From an uncultured Candidatus Poseidoniales archaeon (GTDB taxonomy: Archaea; Thermoplasmatota; Poseidoniia; Poseidoniales; Poseidoniaceae), in NCBI GenBank assembly GCA_964587885.1, contig CAZPME010000003.1, positions 40,996 through 104,995 on the forward strand: a stretch of DNA of 64,000 nt, written 5' to 3'. Shown here in pieces: positions 1 to 9,586 of the stretch (positions within the stretch are counted from its first letter, which is position 1; every line of letters begins with the position of its first letter). The notes below the pieces were generated by a model, which was given only the letters and a program-made list of their open reading frames with translations, made no database searches and had not been told where the DNA came from. A program made the position numbers and the translations under genes.

Positions 1-1
1 A

Positions 2-310
2 ACAGAAAATATTGAGCGAGTTCACGTGGATGACCAATATTGGAAATATAGAGAATACTTGGTACCAGAACCGCCACCACCTCCAGAACCACCCTATGGG
101 GTTGAATATCTTGGAACGGTAGAGGATTTCCTCCAAGATGAATCATTCCAAATTGCTGGAATGACCTTCCTCGTATTACTATGTTTAAATTTGATCGGAC
201 TCCCCTTACTTCGTCGCAGAGTTAAGAGTTTCAAACGCAAAATGGGTGTCTATTCTGACGATGATGCTGATGACGAATTCGCTGATGACTTTGCAGAATT
301 CTTCAGTTGA
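2..310 (+). CDS. C-terminal fragment of a membrane-anchored protein (Pro-rich linker, single TM helix, basic cluster, acidic tail); starts upstream of the window
   Basis: Frame is open from position 2 (TENIERVHVDDQYWK...). PEPPPPPEPP linker, hydrophobic IAGMTFLVLLCLNLIGLPLL followed by RRR, stop TGA at 308-310. Confidence 0.7.
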   Translation, partial: TENIERVHVDDQYWKYREYLVPEPPPPPEPPYGVEYLGTVEDFLQDESFQIAGMTFLVLLCLNLIGLPLLRRRVKSFKRKMGVYSDDDADDEFADDFAEFFS

Positions 311-315
311 TTAAG

Positions 316-398
316 CGCGGTCAGAGGGATTCGAACCCTCGTGGGTAGACCCACCGGATTAGCAATCCGGCGCAATGGCCAGGCTATGCGATGACCGC
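316..398 (-). tRNA. tRNA-Ser(GCT)
   Basis: Reverse complement GCGGTCA...TGACCGC-G acceptor stem, anticodon arm CCGGA-TT-GCT-AA-TCCGG, long variable arm GTGGG-TCTA-CCCAC, T-loop TTCGAAT. CCA not encoded. Confidence 0.95.
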
Positions 399-451
399 AG
401 TAACTCGCCGAATCGTGATTCCATCATAAAGCGAGCGGTATTACATAGAGG

Positions 452-1432
452 CTAGAATGGAAGAAGCGTTACACCAACAAGGCCGAAGAACATCAATGCG
501 AGATATTTCAAGGATGCCATAAATGAAGAAAATGCTGTGGGTAATCTGTCATTTTCATCCAAGCCCTCTTCAGGGTTTATTCGCCACACTGTGAGTGAAT
601 ACCAGACTCCCAAACCAATTGTTACAACTGATGCTGATAGGCCTAGACCGTAATTCGACCAGATAATTGGAATCGCTCCAAGGGAAATTAGTAAAACACA
701 ATAAATTTTTGCTTCAATCAAGGTTCTTTTCGCTCCCTTAGCATCAGGCATCATCGGTACCCCGACTTTGCCATATTCTCCGCCGCGATATAGAGCCAAG
801 GCCCAAAAATGTGGAGGAGTCCATAAGAAAATTAGCAGAAATAACATCCATGGAATGGGAGAGGCAAGGTCGAAGATATTGCCTTGGGACAATGTCTCGC
901 TGGCCGCAGCAGCCCAACCGATGAGAGGAGGTGTCGCACCTGCTATACCACCAATGACTATGTTTTGAGGAGTTCTTCGCTTCAGCCAAATAGTGTATAT
1001 GACTACATAGAATGCAACTGAAAAAGCACTCCAAAATCCTGCCTTCCAGTGTATTTGCCAAAGTACACCAATGCCAAGAACTGCAATCACGATTCCGAAA
1101 ATCAATGCATGTATCGGTGAGACTTCCCCCATTGGTATGGGGCGCTTTGAGGTGCGATTCATATGAGCATCAATATCACGGTCATACCACATATTGATGG
1201 CATTGGCTCCACCTGCAGAAAGCGTCCCACCGATTATTACCATGACAGAAGTATATGCGGTATCAAGCCATGACCGTTGAACGCTTTCAATCGCCCCTTT
1301 TCGAGCGAGAATATCATGCATCAATATGGCACATATTGCGGTTACTTGCAACAATATAATTACACGTAATTTCATCAATCGCATCCATATATTTAGCAAA
1401 TTTGCTGACGTATTACTGGATTCAGTCATCAT
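452..1432 (-). CDS. ctaB: Protoheme IX farnesyltransferase (heme O synthase, UbiA family)
   Basis: Motifs NMWYDRDIDAHMNRTSKRPIP, YTIWLKRRTPQNIVIGGIAGA, LWTPPHFWALAL; multi-TM; overlaps the ctaA stop. Confidence 0.95.
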   Translation of the reverse strand: MMTESSNTSANLLNIWMRLMKLRVIILLQVTAICAILMHDILARKGAIESVQRSWLDTAYTSVMVIIGGTLSAGGANAINMWYDRDIDAHMNRTSKRPIPMGEVSPIHALIFGIVIAVLGIGVLWQIHWKAGFWSAFSVAFYVVIYTIWLKRRTPQNIVIGGIAGATPPLIGWAAAASETLSQGNIFDLASPIPWMLFLLIFLWTPPHFWALALYRGGEYGKVGVPMMPDAKGAKRTLIEAKIYCVLLISLGAIPIIWSNYGLGLSASVVTIGLGVWYSLTVWRINPEEGLDENDRLPTAFSSFMASLKYLALMFFGLVGVTLLPF

Positions 1433-2478
1433 TCATCCTCCAAAGGTTCTGGATTCATAGCCAAATCAATCTGCATTGCAGCAAATGCGAGAGCTAAGAA
1501 AGAAGAGATTCCGACAATGAGATGGAGTAATGAGAGCCATTCGATAAAACCGTCACTAGCGGTAAAAAGGTATAGTCCACCCACCACTACATTCATGGCC
1601 CATAGATGAAATGATGATGAAATGGATTTGCTTAGTACCCTTCCAGATTCCGATATGTTTGCACGGGCATTTCGATATCCTAAAAATAATATCACTCCGA
1701 CTATTATTACTGCTATTCTGTGAGCCATTTGTACAAGGATTGGAATTTCTCCAGTATCGGGAATAATCTCACCTTGACATAAGGGCCATGCTTCTGTTCC
1801 CACTCCACATGCCTGATTGTAATTACCACCCGCAGTTGATGAAACCCAAGCCCCCAATATCAACAGAAGCAATGACCCCAGTAACATCGTCAGCACCGGC
1901 TTTCGCATAACCTCAGCCTGCGCCGGAGACAAAGAGTGGAAAATAGAATTTGGATTTAGACGGCGATGCCAACAAAGCCACTGCCACATCACAACCGCGA
2001 TAAATGATGATGCCAAGACCAAGTGTAAGGCTACAGTCCAATCTGCATTGTCAAAACGAACGGTAACATAGCCGGCGACGGCTTGAATAAGAAGTAATAT
2101 TGCTGCAGAGATAGCGAGTGTGCGGTTTTTTTCGCCCAATTTTGAACGGTTTTTATTGGCCACAATTAGGTTAACAACTATTGGTATTGCAATTATTCCG
2201 ACCAAAAATCGATGCAACCATTCGGTGAATATCTCAAAGGTTGTATAACGATGGTTAGCGCCGCGAGAATCAATCTCTTCAGGGTTTTCATTCCACCATA
2301 ATTCCTGCTGATCGGGTGATACATCAAATCCCCATGTACCGAAACAAGTGGGCCAATCAGGGCACGACTCCCCTGCATCATGGATACGAATCGTCCCCCC
2401 TACAATGGTAATGGCAACGGCCATTATTGCAATAATCAGCGGAAGACGGGTTGTGCTAGCCATCCCCTTCTCGTCCAT
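1429..2478 (-). CDS. ctaA: Heme A synthase (CtaA/COX15, type 1 with Cys pairs)
   Basis: GESCPDWPTC, EWLHR, ALHL, second CG...WPLC and QMAHR motifs; about 8 TM; adjacent to ctaB. Start could be ATG 2463. Confidence 0.9.
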   Translation of the reverse strand: MDEKGMASTTRLPLIIAIMAVAITIVGGTIRIHDAGESCPDWPTCFGTWGFDVSPDQQELWWNENPEEIDSRGANHRYTTFEIFTEWLHRFLVGIIAIPIVVNLIVANKNRSKLGEKNRTLAISAAILLLIQAVAGYVTVRFDNADWTVALHLVLASSFIAVVMWQWLCWHRRLNPNSIFHSLSPAQAEVMRKPVLTMLLGSLLLLILGAWVSSTAGGNYNQACGVGTEAWPLCQGEIIPDTGEIPILVQMAHRIAVIIVGVILFLGYRNARANISESGRVLSKSISSSFHLWAMNVVVGGLYLFTASDGFIEWLSLLHLIVGISSFLALAFAAMQIDLAMNPEPLEDE

Positions 2479-2598
2479 GACTGCTCGTTACTCAACTAAC
2501 GTTTGAGGGTTACTTTGGACGACAAAGCATGGATACCATTGTTGACGGAGGGTTCAATAACGAACCACAAGTCGCCGAGTTCACCGAAGGTGACCAAA

Positions 2599-2847
2599 AT
2601 GGCAAATGAATCCCACACCCGCTTTGAAAGAGCTCGTATTATTGGGGCTCGCGCCCTACAGATTGGAATGGGTGCTCCACTCAATGCTTCAGAAGAAGAA
2701 TTACGCTCGGAATTTAAGGCCGAATTAATTTCATTATTCGGGGTAGAGGAAGCAAATATCCGCTTCGTTTTAGACCCATTGAAGATTGCTCTATACGAGT
2801 ATGAACACAACATGATTCCTATTGATACTGATCCACATTTGGATTGA
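2599..2847 (+). CDS. rpoK: DNA-directed RNA polymerase subunit Rpo6 (K)
   Basis: TRFERARIIGARALQIGMGAP and DPLKIALYE...IPI signature. ATG 2599 is preceded by SD-like GAAGGTGA. Confidence 0.93.
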   Translation: MANESHTRFERARIIGARALQIGMGAPLNASEEELRSEFKAELISLFGVEEANIRFVLDPLKIALYEYEHNMIPIDTDPHLD

Positions 2848-2850
2848 AAA

Positions 2851-3927
2851 TCATCGCTTGAAGCCATAGGTTTCTGGTTGTGAAACCGGAGCAATATCAC
2901 TCCGTTTGAGCAGAATTGTTCTTACCGCCCACAAATCTGTAAATACTCTCATCTTGGTAGTCATATCAAGGTAGTCGACACCTGATGAGCCACCAGTTCC
3001 CACTCTACGGCCAATCATTCTCTCGACCATTCGGGCATGGTGGGTGCGGAATAATATTATTGATTCCTCTAATTCTACTGTGCTGTCGATTAAAGCGCGT
3101 GGCCATGATAACAAAGGCAATTCTCGATATGATTCAATGAATAATAATCCTGCACGAGAACGCTCAATTTCCCCTTCGGGTAACAGATATTCTCTCGCCC
3201 CTTCAAGGGATGCGGCAAATCTCGACTTTACCGCAGCCAAATCCTGTTGCCCGATTTCCTCAAAATGTGCTAATGCGGTTTCGTGTGTTCGTGCCATTGT
3301 AGCCAAATGTTGCTCGACAAATTCACGCACCACCACTCCATCTCCAGCATCATCGGGCGATGAACCATGAATTGGGGTTCTTCCTAACCAAGTGTGGAGG
3401 GCCTGCTTCAACGATACTTCTTCAGATGCCGCTAATAGTCGCTCATACGATGACTTCGCTGAATCACTCTCATGAGCGAGACGAGAAAAATGCTCAATCG
3501 GATTCATAGCATTTGGACGGTCTGAATACTCAATTCCAAGTAATATCTCTAATTCCCGCATCTGGAATGATTCAAATCCTGAAGCAGTGCCTAATTCATC
3601 ACGAAAATCAAGAAAGCCCTGTGGAGTAAGTGTCTCCATTACTTTCCACTGTGATTGAAAGAGGCGGAAAATCTCAGTAATCCTCTCTAGTCCAGCGACA
3701 ATTTTAGGAATTTCATTTTCGGGTACTTCAGGTTTGTTCAATTTATTTCGGATGTCCCGCATCTCATTGATGATTCGACAAAACCACAATTCAAATGCTT
3801 GGTGAACGACAATGAAATGGTGCTCATCACAACTTATTTCGCGCTCACAATGGCCATCTTGTAACTCAATTAATTGGTGAACATGCAAATAATCGGCATA
3901 TGTTACTCGGCGCTGAGTTGTCCCCAT
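2851..3927 (-). CDS. kynA: Tryptophan 2,3-dioxygenase
   Basis: YADYL, DEHHFIVVHQAFELWF, FLDFRDELGTASGFESFQMRELE and VERMIGRRVGTGGSSGVDYL motifs. Likely start ATG 3927 (track gives 3972). Confidence 0.92.
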   Translation of the reverse strand: MGTTQRRVTYADYLHVHQLIELQDGHCEREISCDEHHFIVVHQAFELWFCRIINEMRDIRNKLNKPEVPENEIPKIVAGLERITEIFRLFQSQWKVMETLTPQGFLDFRDELGTASGFESFQMRELEILLGIEYSDRPNAMNPIEHFSRLAHESDSAKSSYERLLAASEEVSLKQALHTWLGRTPIHGSSPDDAGDGVVVREFVEQHLATMARTHETALAHFEEIGQQDLAAVKSRFAASLEGAREYLLPEGEIERSRAGLLFIESYRELPLLSWPRALIDSTVELEESIILFRTHHARMVERMIGRRVGTGGSSGVDYLDMTTKMRVFTDLWAVRTILLKRSDIAPVSQPETYGFKR

Positions 3928-3975
3928 ACCCAGAGCAGTGCTGGCTTGCTTTACCAACTTCACCCCGAACATGGT

Positions 3976-5088
3976 TCAAGATATTAATCCGGATAATTCA
4001 CCTTTTTCAAGGCTATTGCGTATACTACGGGCGATTCTACGTCCTGTCGACATTCTATATTCATTGATATCTGAATATGGTGAGCCACCGACAAAGGGAT
4101 TGGAACCGGCGACAATTCGAGCACTTATTTCGAACACTTTGAATTCTAATTTATCGGTAACAATTGTCTCGAGGCAAAATGGTCCGATCATTCCACGTGC
4201 ATCATCCTCAAGTTCAAACGATGCTGATACCGTACCTTCAGCCAATTCAAATGCCCTAGGCAAAAGACTCTCTCGAATGACAACAGGTTGGTTTCCTGTA
4301 ACAACAAAGGATGGCTCAAAAGCCATTTCACGCAGGTCACGTAGACTTCCTAATTTGTAAAATTCGTCAACATTGCTCTCATCACGACGGTCCATACTCA
4401 ATAATTCCAAACGGCCAAGATATTTTCCAGTATTCTTACCAGTTCCACGAACTTGGTAACCATCGGTCGCGGTAGGGTCAAAGTAGAAATGCATGTAATA
4501 GCGACATCCAAGGACATATTCTTGGATGGTAAAGTCTTCCTCAATATTTGCGTTGCGGCGGAAATCACGATAATCACGAGCGATGAAATAACCACGCCCA
4601 CCTTTGGCTCCAGCGTATTTGACAATTACTGGGCCATCAATGTCATGGGGGTCCGTGATTACAGCTGGCATTGTACAACCGCCAGATTCCAGCCATTTAC
4701 GTTGCGATTCCCGACTTGATTCCCATTTCAAAATATTACGATTACCGAAAGTTGGAACCTCTAGGTTGCGAAAATTTTCAGCGCCTAGATATTCTACTAG
4801 AGATCCATGTGGAATGATAATCACATTGCGTTGTCGCAACCATTCTGCTTGGCTAAGCAATTCTCTATAATCGTCCAACATCAACCATTCGTCAGGTTCG
4901 GCACCCGGAAAGGCAGAATATAATCGGCGGCGGTTGTCGCCAACCGCAATACCAAGAGTTCGAAATCCTTCCTGGCGAGCACCGTGAAGAATTTGCAACG
5001 AGGAATGTGAAGCGACCACACCAATGGTAATTTCTTCGGGATTATACGCGGCCAGCCAGCCCGATACCTCTTTCCTCGATATCCCCAT
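3976..5088 (-). CDS. purP: Formate-dependent AICAR formyltransferase PurP family (ATP-grasp; FAICAR synthetase)
   Basis: ASHSSLQILHGARQEGF, IIPHGS, GAKGGRGYF, GPFCLETIV, FEISARIVAGSN motifs. Confidence 0.9.
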   Translation of the reverse strand: MGISRKEVSGWLAAYNPEEITIGVVASHSSLQILHGARQEGFRTLGIAVGDNRRRLYSAFPGAEPDEWLMLDDYRELLSQAEWLRQRNVIIIPHGSLVEYLGAENFRNLEVPTFGNRNILKWESSRESQRKWLESGGCTMPAVITDPHDIDGPVIVKYAGAKGGRGYFIARDYRDFRRNANIEEDFTIQEYVLGCRYYMHFYFDPTATDGYQVRGTGKNTGKYLGRLELLSMDRRDESNVDEFYKLGSLRDLREMAFEPSFVVTGNQPVVIRESLLPRAFELAEGTVSASFELEDDARGMIGPFCLETIVTDKLEFKVFEISARIVAGSNPFVGGSPYSDINEYRMSTGRRIARSIRNSLEKGELSGLIS

Positions 5089-5176
5089 TACGAGGGGCTA
5101 CTGTATGCCCCATATGAATGAATCGGCAAAGCAAGAATGATGCTAGTAAATGGTGAAGTGATACCTATGGAGCAAT

Positions 5177-7117
5177 CTATTCTTCAGACTGTTCTTCAGG
5201 CTCTTCAGAGGATACTTCTTGTGGTTCCGAACCTACTAATTTCCCATCACTCAAGTTGAATTCTGCAACCAACATTATTGGCTCACCATGAGACAGTTGC
5301 GAATTATATTCATGGAATGTTCCCTTGACGCCGGTGATTAATTTGAATTGGGTTGGGTCCTTGGTTCGGAACTTCTTATGCTTCTTGTAGTGATGTACGT
5401 AGATTTTGTATAGGCCATCTTGAGAATCACCAATATCCCAAACCACATTTTCGACAGGTTTCTTGGTATCGGGTTTAACGTTGGCATCGACGTCTAATTC
5501 ACCTTTGCACTGTGAGAGTCGGTTACCACCGTGGATTCTCTCACCAGAAGGGCAGACAACATGAAGATCAAGATCATTGTAATTATTCCACATCAATGAG
5601 ATGTTGATATCACCGATTCGACCTCCAGCTTCTTCAAGCCGGCGGCGCAATTCTGCCGCAGTTTCTTCGGCCACCTCTTCGGCACGGATTCTTGCTTGTT
5701 CAGCAGCTTCGGCTTCAAGGCGGGCCGCTTCTTCTTCTGCAGCGGCGATCTCGGCTAGTCTTTGTTCCTCAGCGGCAGCTAGATCTGCTTGCCTTTGTTC
5801 CTCAGCTAAGCGTGCTTCTTCTGCTTCAGCAGCCAATCGTGCTTCTTCTTCGGCTTCTGCAGCCAAACGTGCTTTTTCTTCAGCCTCGGCTTCAGCAGCC
5901 AATCGTGCTTCTTCTTCTGCTCGAGCCTTTTCTTCAGCCTCACGTTCAGCAGCCAATCGTGCTTCTTCTTCTGCTCGAGCCTTTTCTTCAGCCTCACGTT
6001 CAGCAGCAGCAGCAGCTTCCATTTCTGCCAATATTGCCGCTTGCTCTTCTGGTGTTCTCTCTTTCATTTCAAAGTCAGTTACCAACATTATTGGGTCACC
6101 ATTTGATAATTCAGAATTGTATTCGGTAAAGGTTCCACCAGCATTTACGATAACCTTGAACTGTGTAGGATCCTTGGTTCCTCGCTTCTTGTGCTTTTTG
6201 TAATGATGAACATATACCTTGTAAATACCATTAGGAGCACTACCGAAATCCCAAACAACGTTTTCGACAGGCTTTTTAGATTCAGGCTTGACGTTGGCGT
6301 CAACATCCAATTCGCCATCACATTCTGATTTTCGGTTGCCACCGTGTAAGCGTTCACCTGAAGGACATACTACATGGAGATCAAGATCGTTGTAATTATT
6401 CCACATCAGTGACACGTTTACATCACCTATTCGACCACCTGCTGCCTCAAGACGGGAACGTAATTCAGCAGTAGTATCTTCGTCAACCTCTTGGGCTTCG
6501 AGCATTGCTTCAGCCTCGGCCAAGGCAGCTAATTCCGCTTGACGCTGCTCTTCTAGAGCGGCCAATTCCTCTTGGCGGATTCTCTCAGCCTCATCAGCGA
6601 GTCTTTGTAATTCGGCTGCTTCAGCAGCTAAACGCTCCTCTTCCTCAAGACGCAGGCGCTCTTCTTCAAGGCGGGCAGCTTCGGCTTCAGCCTCACGCTT
6701 CTGACGCTCTTCTTCGAGTTTGGCACGCTCTTCAGCTAATTCCATCTCCTTGAGACGTGCTGCTTCAGCTCGAATTGCCGCTTCTTCAGCCTCAATTCGT
6801 CGTTGACGAGCTAATTCAGCCTCAGCAATTCTCATTTGCGCTTGAGAACGTGCGCGATTACGACGCGAAACTAATGCTAAACGCTGCTCAATTTCCTTAC
6901 GAGCCTCGCGAAATTCAGGACCGGTTCGGCGCTTACTAAAACGTGAATAATCGTTAGCGTCAAGCCTGCGACGTTCGGAAGCAGGTACATCACCGCGCAC
7001 CAATAATACCCAGACTCCACCTAAAAATGAAAGCCCGAGTAAACCAATCATCATCCACTCGCCAGTCTCCACCATGTTCAACCCACCATCACCAAGTATG
7101 TTTAGACTATTGCCCAC
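5177..7117 (-). CDS. Membrane-anchored protein with two YfaP/DUF2135-like domains, each preceded by a Glu/Ala/Arg-rich helical stalk
   Basis: N-terminal TM (WMMIGLLGLSFLGGVWVLLV); two copies of GD[VI]N[VI]SLMWNNYNDLDLHVVCPSGER...GELDVDAN...PVENVVW; TolA-like EAEE repeats. Start GTG 7117 or ATG 7075. Confidence 0.8.
   Translation of the reverse strand: MGNSLNILGDGGLNMVETGEWMMIGLLGLSFLGGVWVLLVRGDVPASERRRLDANDYSRFSKRRTGPEFREARKEIEQRLALVSRRNRARSQAQMRIAEAELARQRRIEAEEAAIRAEAARLKEMELAEERAKLEEERQKREAEAEAARLEEERLRLEEEERLAAEAAELQRLADEAERIRQEELAALEEQRQAELAALAEAEAMLEAQEVDEDTTAELRSRLEAAGGRIGDVNVSLMWNNYNDLDLHVVCPSGERLHGGNRKSECDGELDVDANVKPESKKPVENVVWDFGSAPNGIYKVYVHHYKKHKKRGTKDPTQFKVIVNAGGTFTEYNSELSNGDPIMLVTDFEMKERTPEEQAAILAEMEAAAAAEREAEEKARAEEEARLAAEREAEEKARAEEEARLAAEAEAEEKARLAAEAEEEARLAAEAEEARLAEEQRQADLAAAEEQRLAEIAAAEEEAARLEAEAAEQARIRAEEVAEETAAELRRRLEEAGGRIGDINISLMWNNYNDLDLHVVCPSGERIHGGNRLSQCKGELDVDANVKPDTKKPVENVVWDIGDSQDGLYKIYVHHYKKHKKFRTKDPTQFKLITGVKGTFHEYNSQLSHGEPIMLVAEFNLSDGKLVGSEPQEVSSEEPEEQSEE
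5891..6007. repeat. Perfect 54-bp tandem duplication (2 copies plus partial) inside the coding stalk, encoding REAEEKARAEEEARLAAE
   Basis: 5891-5944 and 5945-5998 are identical (ttcagcagccaatcgtgcttcttcttctgctcgagccttttcttcagcctcacg); degenerate copies continue toward ~5810. Confidence 0.9.
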
Positions 7118-7123
7118 ATATTC

Positions 7124-9586
7124 TCAGTTTGAAAACTCCTTTACTTTGTCAACTAAGTTCATTTTCTTGATTCTCCAAACCCCAATCGGGGTCAACAATA
7201 ACGAGATAGTCACGACGATTCCAATCAATAGTAAGATCACAGATGAATCAGCCTGCACTGTAAAGAAAAACGACCATTGAACCATTTCTGCGATTAACAT
7301 TTTTGTTCCGACAATGGTAATGATGCAACCAAATATTCCACCCACTAAACCAATCGCAAAGTGCTCCCCTAGCATCATTTTGCCAAGACTATTGGTCGAT
7401 GCCCCTAATACTCGCAGGGTTGCCAATTCACTATCTCGCTCGGCTAAATTCATCATCAAAGTATTGAATAATACTGCTGCTGCGATTACAATACCTAATA
7501 GTAAAATGGCGTCGAAAATTTGTTTTTGTGTTTCCATTAAGGCATTAAAGGAGTCGAGAAAATCCTCTTTCATACTAATGCCGACCGACATTTCTCCTAA
7601 TTCCGTATCAATCTCAACCCCAGTTGGTAATTGTAATAATACCGATGTCGCTTCTAATCCAGTCAATTCTGCTAATTCGGCTCGATGGAAGTACACAGTT
7701 CGAGATATCTCACCGGTGGTTATTCCTGAAATTTCGACGACTTGCTCCTTCGAGCCTATTACTATAGTTTGGTACTGTCCGACCTGCCAATCAAGAAAAT
7801 GTGCTGTGCCTTCATCTATCAGTACTTGAGGCGGATTTTGGCCGGATTTAGGTAATTCTCCTTCATCTAAATTCAATAAAATCATCGCTGATTCACCTTG
7901 AGTCGCAAAATTATCCATTCCAAAAGCGGTCATCTGCCTTGCATCATCAGCAGGATTTACCGGGAATTGGAGCAAATATTCGTAATCTGCACCGTTCTCT
8001 TGCGCCCATTCTCCCACCGCCGCCTCACCAGCAAAGGGAACGAAAACTTGAGCCTCCCAATTTTGATTTTCATCATAATCACGGACCATTACTTCTTCCA
8101 TCGAATCCATCATAAGAAACATCGACCCAAATATCAGCATCGACATACCGACTGCAATAAAGGTGAAAGCGATACGGAAGGGTTTGCGAATACTTGAACG
8201 CAAGGTCAAGCCAACCGAAGCAGGTAACTTGGCGGTCAATTTCTGAATACGTCGGGAGGAGAGGCGTACTTCGTGTTGGCCTCGTAAAACTTTGAGCGGG
8301 TCGAGGCGTGAAGCCTGCCAAGCCGGTCTAATTCCTGATAATAATATTACGACCATGGCAATAGAAACATTTGACAATACTAGAGAATAATCAATAGAAT
8401 CATCAATTGCTGGTATACCAATCACATTTTCATACATCTTCACCATTGCTGGCGCACCGACATACACGCCTAACAATACTCCAATGGTACAACCGATGAA
8501 ACCTATTACGATTGGAGCAAGAATGTATGCTGGCATTATCTTCCTGCGAGATACCCCAAGGGTTCGCATTACTGCGATTTCTTTGGCCTGCGATTGTATC
8601 AATCGTTGGAGGCTGAGAAATATCGTAATTCCAGCAACCATCGCCAACATTCCGGTGATGAATCCGTACGATTTCTGTGCTCCTTCAGCATCAGCCCGCA
8701 AAAATTCAACCGAGTCAATTCCCGAACGGTCATAGACCATCGCTTTAATCTCCTCATCTTGCGAAATAATTGTGGCGACCTGAGTCATTGCTTTGCCCAT
8801 TTTTTCACCTTCGTTGATCTCGGTCGAAAGCAAATCATATTCCGGTGTGCCTTCCAAATCGAGAAGCAACCGGTTAGTTGAACCGGAACTCAAGTTTGCT
8901 AGTTTATTCAGACCCTGTTCAGTAAGATATCCGGAGGCAAAGGTACCGGCTTGAGCCGGCATCAATTCACCTTCAATAGTGAAATACAGGTGCTGAGAAT
9001 GGAATCCTATTCCAACGACAGTGAAATTCATCCTGCCATGACCAGCCCCAATAGAAATGACGTCTCCAATGCCTATTCCCATACCATCTGCAGCATGTGA
9101 GTCAAGTACTATTTCATTATCAGTTTGGGCCATCCTGCCTGCACAACATTCATCTTCGGGTATCCAAACACGGTCTATTCCGCCTTCATCAATGCCGTGC
9201 CAAACCGAGACCACCATATTCTCATTACCAGAATCTGATTGATGATACAATACTCCATCGAGAATTAATCGAGCCTCGCACTCATCCAAAGTTAATTCTT
9301 GGTTATCCCATTGCGAAAATAGTTCATCGCACAGCTTCATACTTGTGGATTGATTCCATACTTCACTCGGGTTTTCCACCCAAATATCTGCCAGATTCAT
9401 GGTCTCTGGAGTATCCGAATATGCGTATTCATAGATATTTGTAGCAGTATTAGCATAATATCCTAATGAAATCCCGCCGAAAACTCCGATTGCAATCATC
9501 AACCAAACCGCGGAAAGACGAAGTTTGGTGCGCCATAGGCTCCGAGCAAGGCGCTTTGTCAGCAATCTTGACACTGTATCACTCAC
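7124..9586 (-). CDS. ABC transporter permease, FtsX/MacB-like (tandem-duplicated)
   Basis: Two halves, each with a large extracytoplasmic domain plus TM block, with motifs SQAKEIAVMRTLG and ERDSELATLRVLG; overlaps the ATPase gene. Confidence 0.88.
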   Translation of the reverse strand: MSDTVSRLLTKRLARSLWRTKLRLSAVWLMIAIGVFGGISLGYYANTATNIYEYAYSDTPETMNLADIWVENPSEVWNQSTSMKLCDELFSQWDNQELTLDECEARLILDGVLYHQSDSGNENMVVSVWHGIDEGGIDRVWIPEDECCAGRMAQTDNEIVLDSHAADGMGIGIGDVISIGAGHGRMNFTVVGIGFHSQHLYFTIEGELMPAQAGTFASGYLTEQGLNKLANLSSGSTNRLLLDLEGTPEYDLLSTEINEGEKMGKAMTQVATIISQDEEIKAMVYDRSGIDSVEFLRADAEGAQKSYGFITGMLAMVAGITIFLSLQRLIQSQAKEIAVMRTLGVSRRKIMPAYILAPIVIGFIGCTIGVLLGVYVGAPAMVKMYENVIGIPAIDDSIDYSLVLSNVSIAMVVILLSGIRPAWQASRLDPLKVLRGQHEVRLSSRRIQKLTAKLPASVGLTLRSSIRKPFRIAFTFIAVGMSMLIFGSMFLMMDSMEEVMVRDYDENQNWEAQVFVPFAGEAAVGEWAQENGADYEYLLQFPVNPADDARQMTAFGMDNFATQGESAMILLNLDEGELPKSGQNPPQVLIDEGTAHFLDWQVGQYQTIVIGSKEQVVEISGITTGEISRTVYFHRAELAELTGLEATSVLLQLPTGVEIDTELGEMSVGISMKEDFLDSFNALMETQKQIFDAILLLGIVIAAAVLFNTLMMNLAERDSELATLRVLGASTNSLGKMMLGEHFAIGLVGGIFGCIITIVGTKMLIAEMVQWSFFFTVQADSSVILLLIGIVVTISLLLTPIGVWRIKKMNLVDKVKEFSN

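Noticed and set aside
5810-6007. Possible CRISPR-like repeat array
   Set aside because: Units are contiguous and in-frame with no unique spacers, and there are no cas genes.
5601-6203. Ser/Ala-rich and Leu/Gln-rich ORFs on the + strand
   Set aside because: Antisense reading of the repetitive EAEE stalk of the minus-strand gene.
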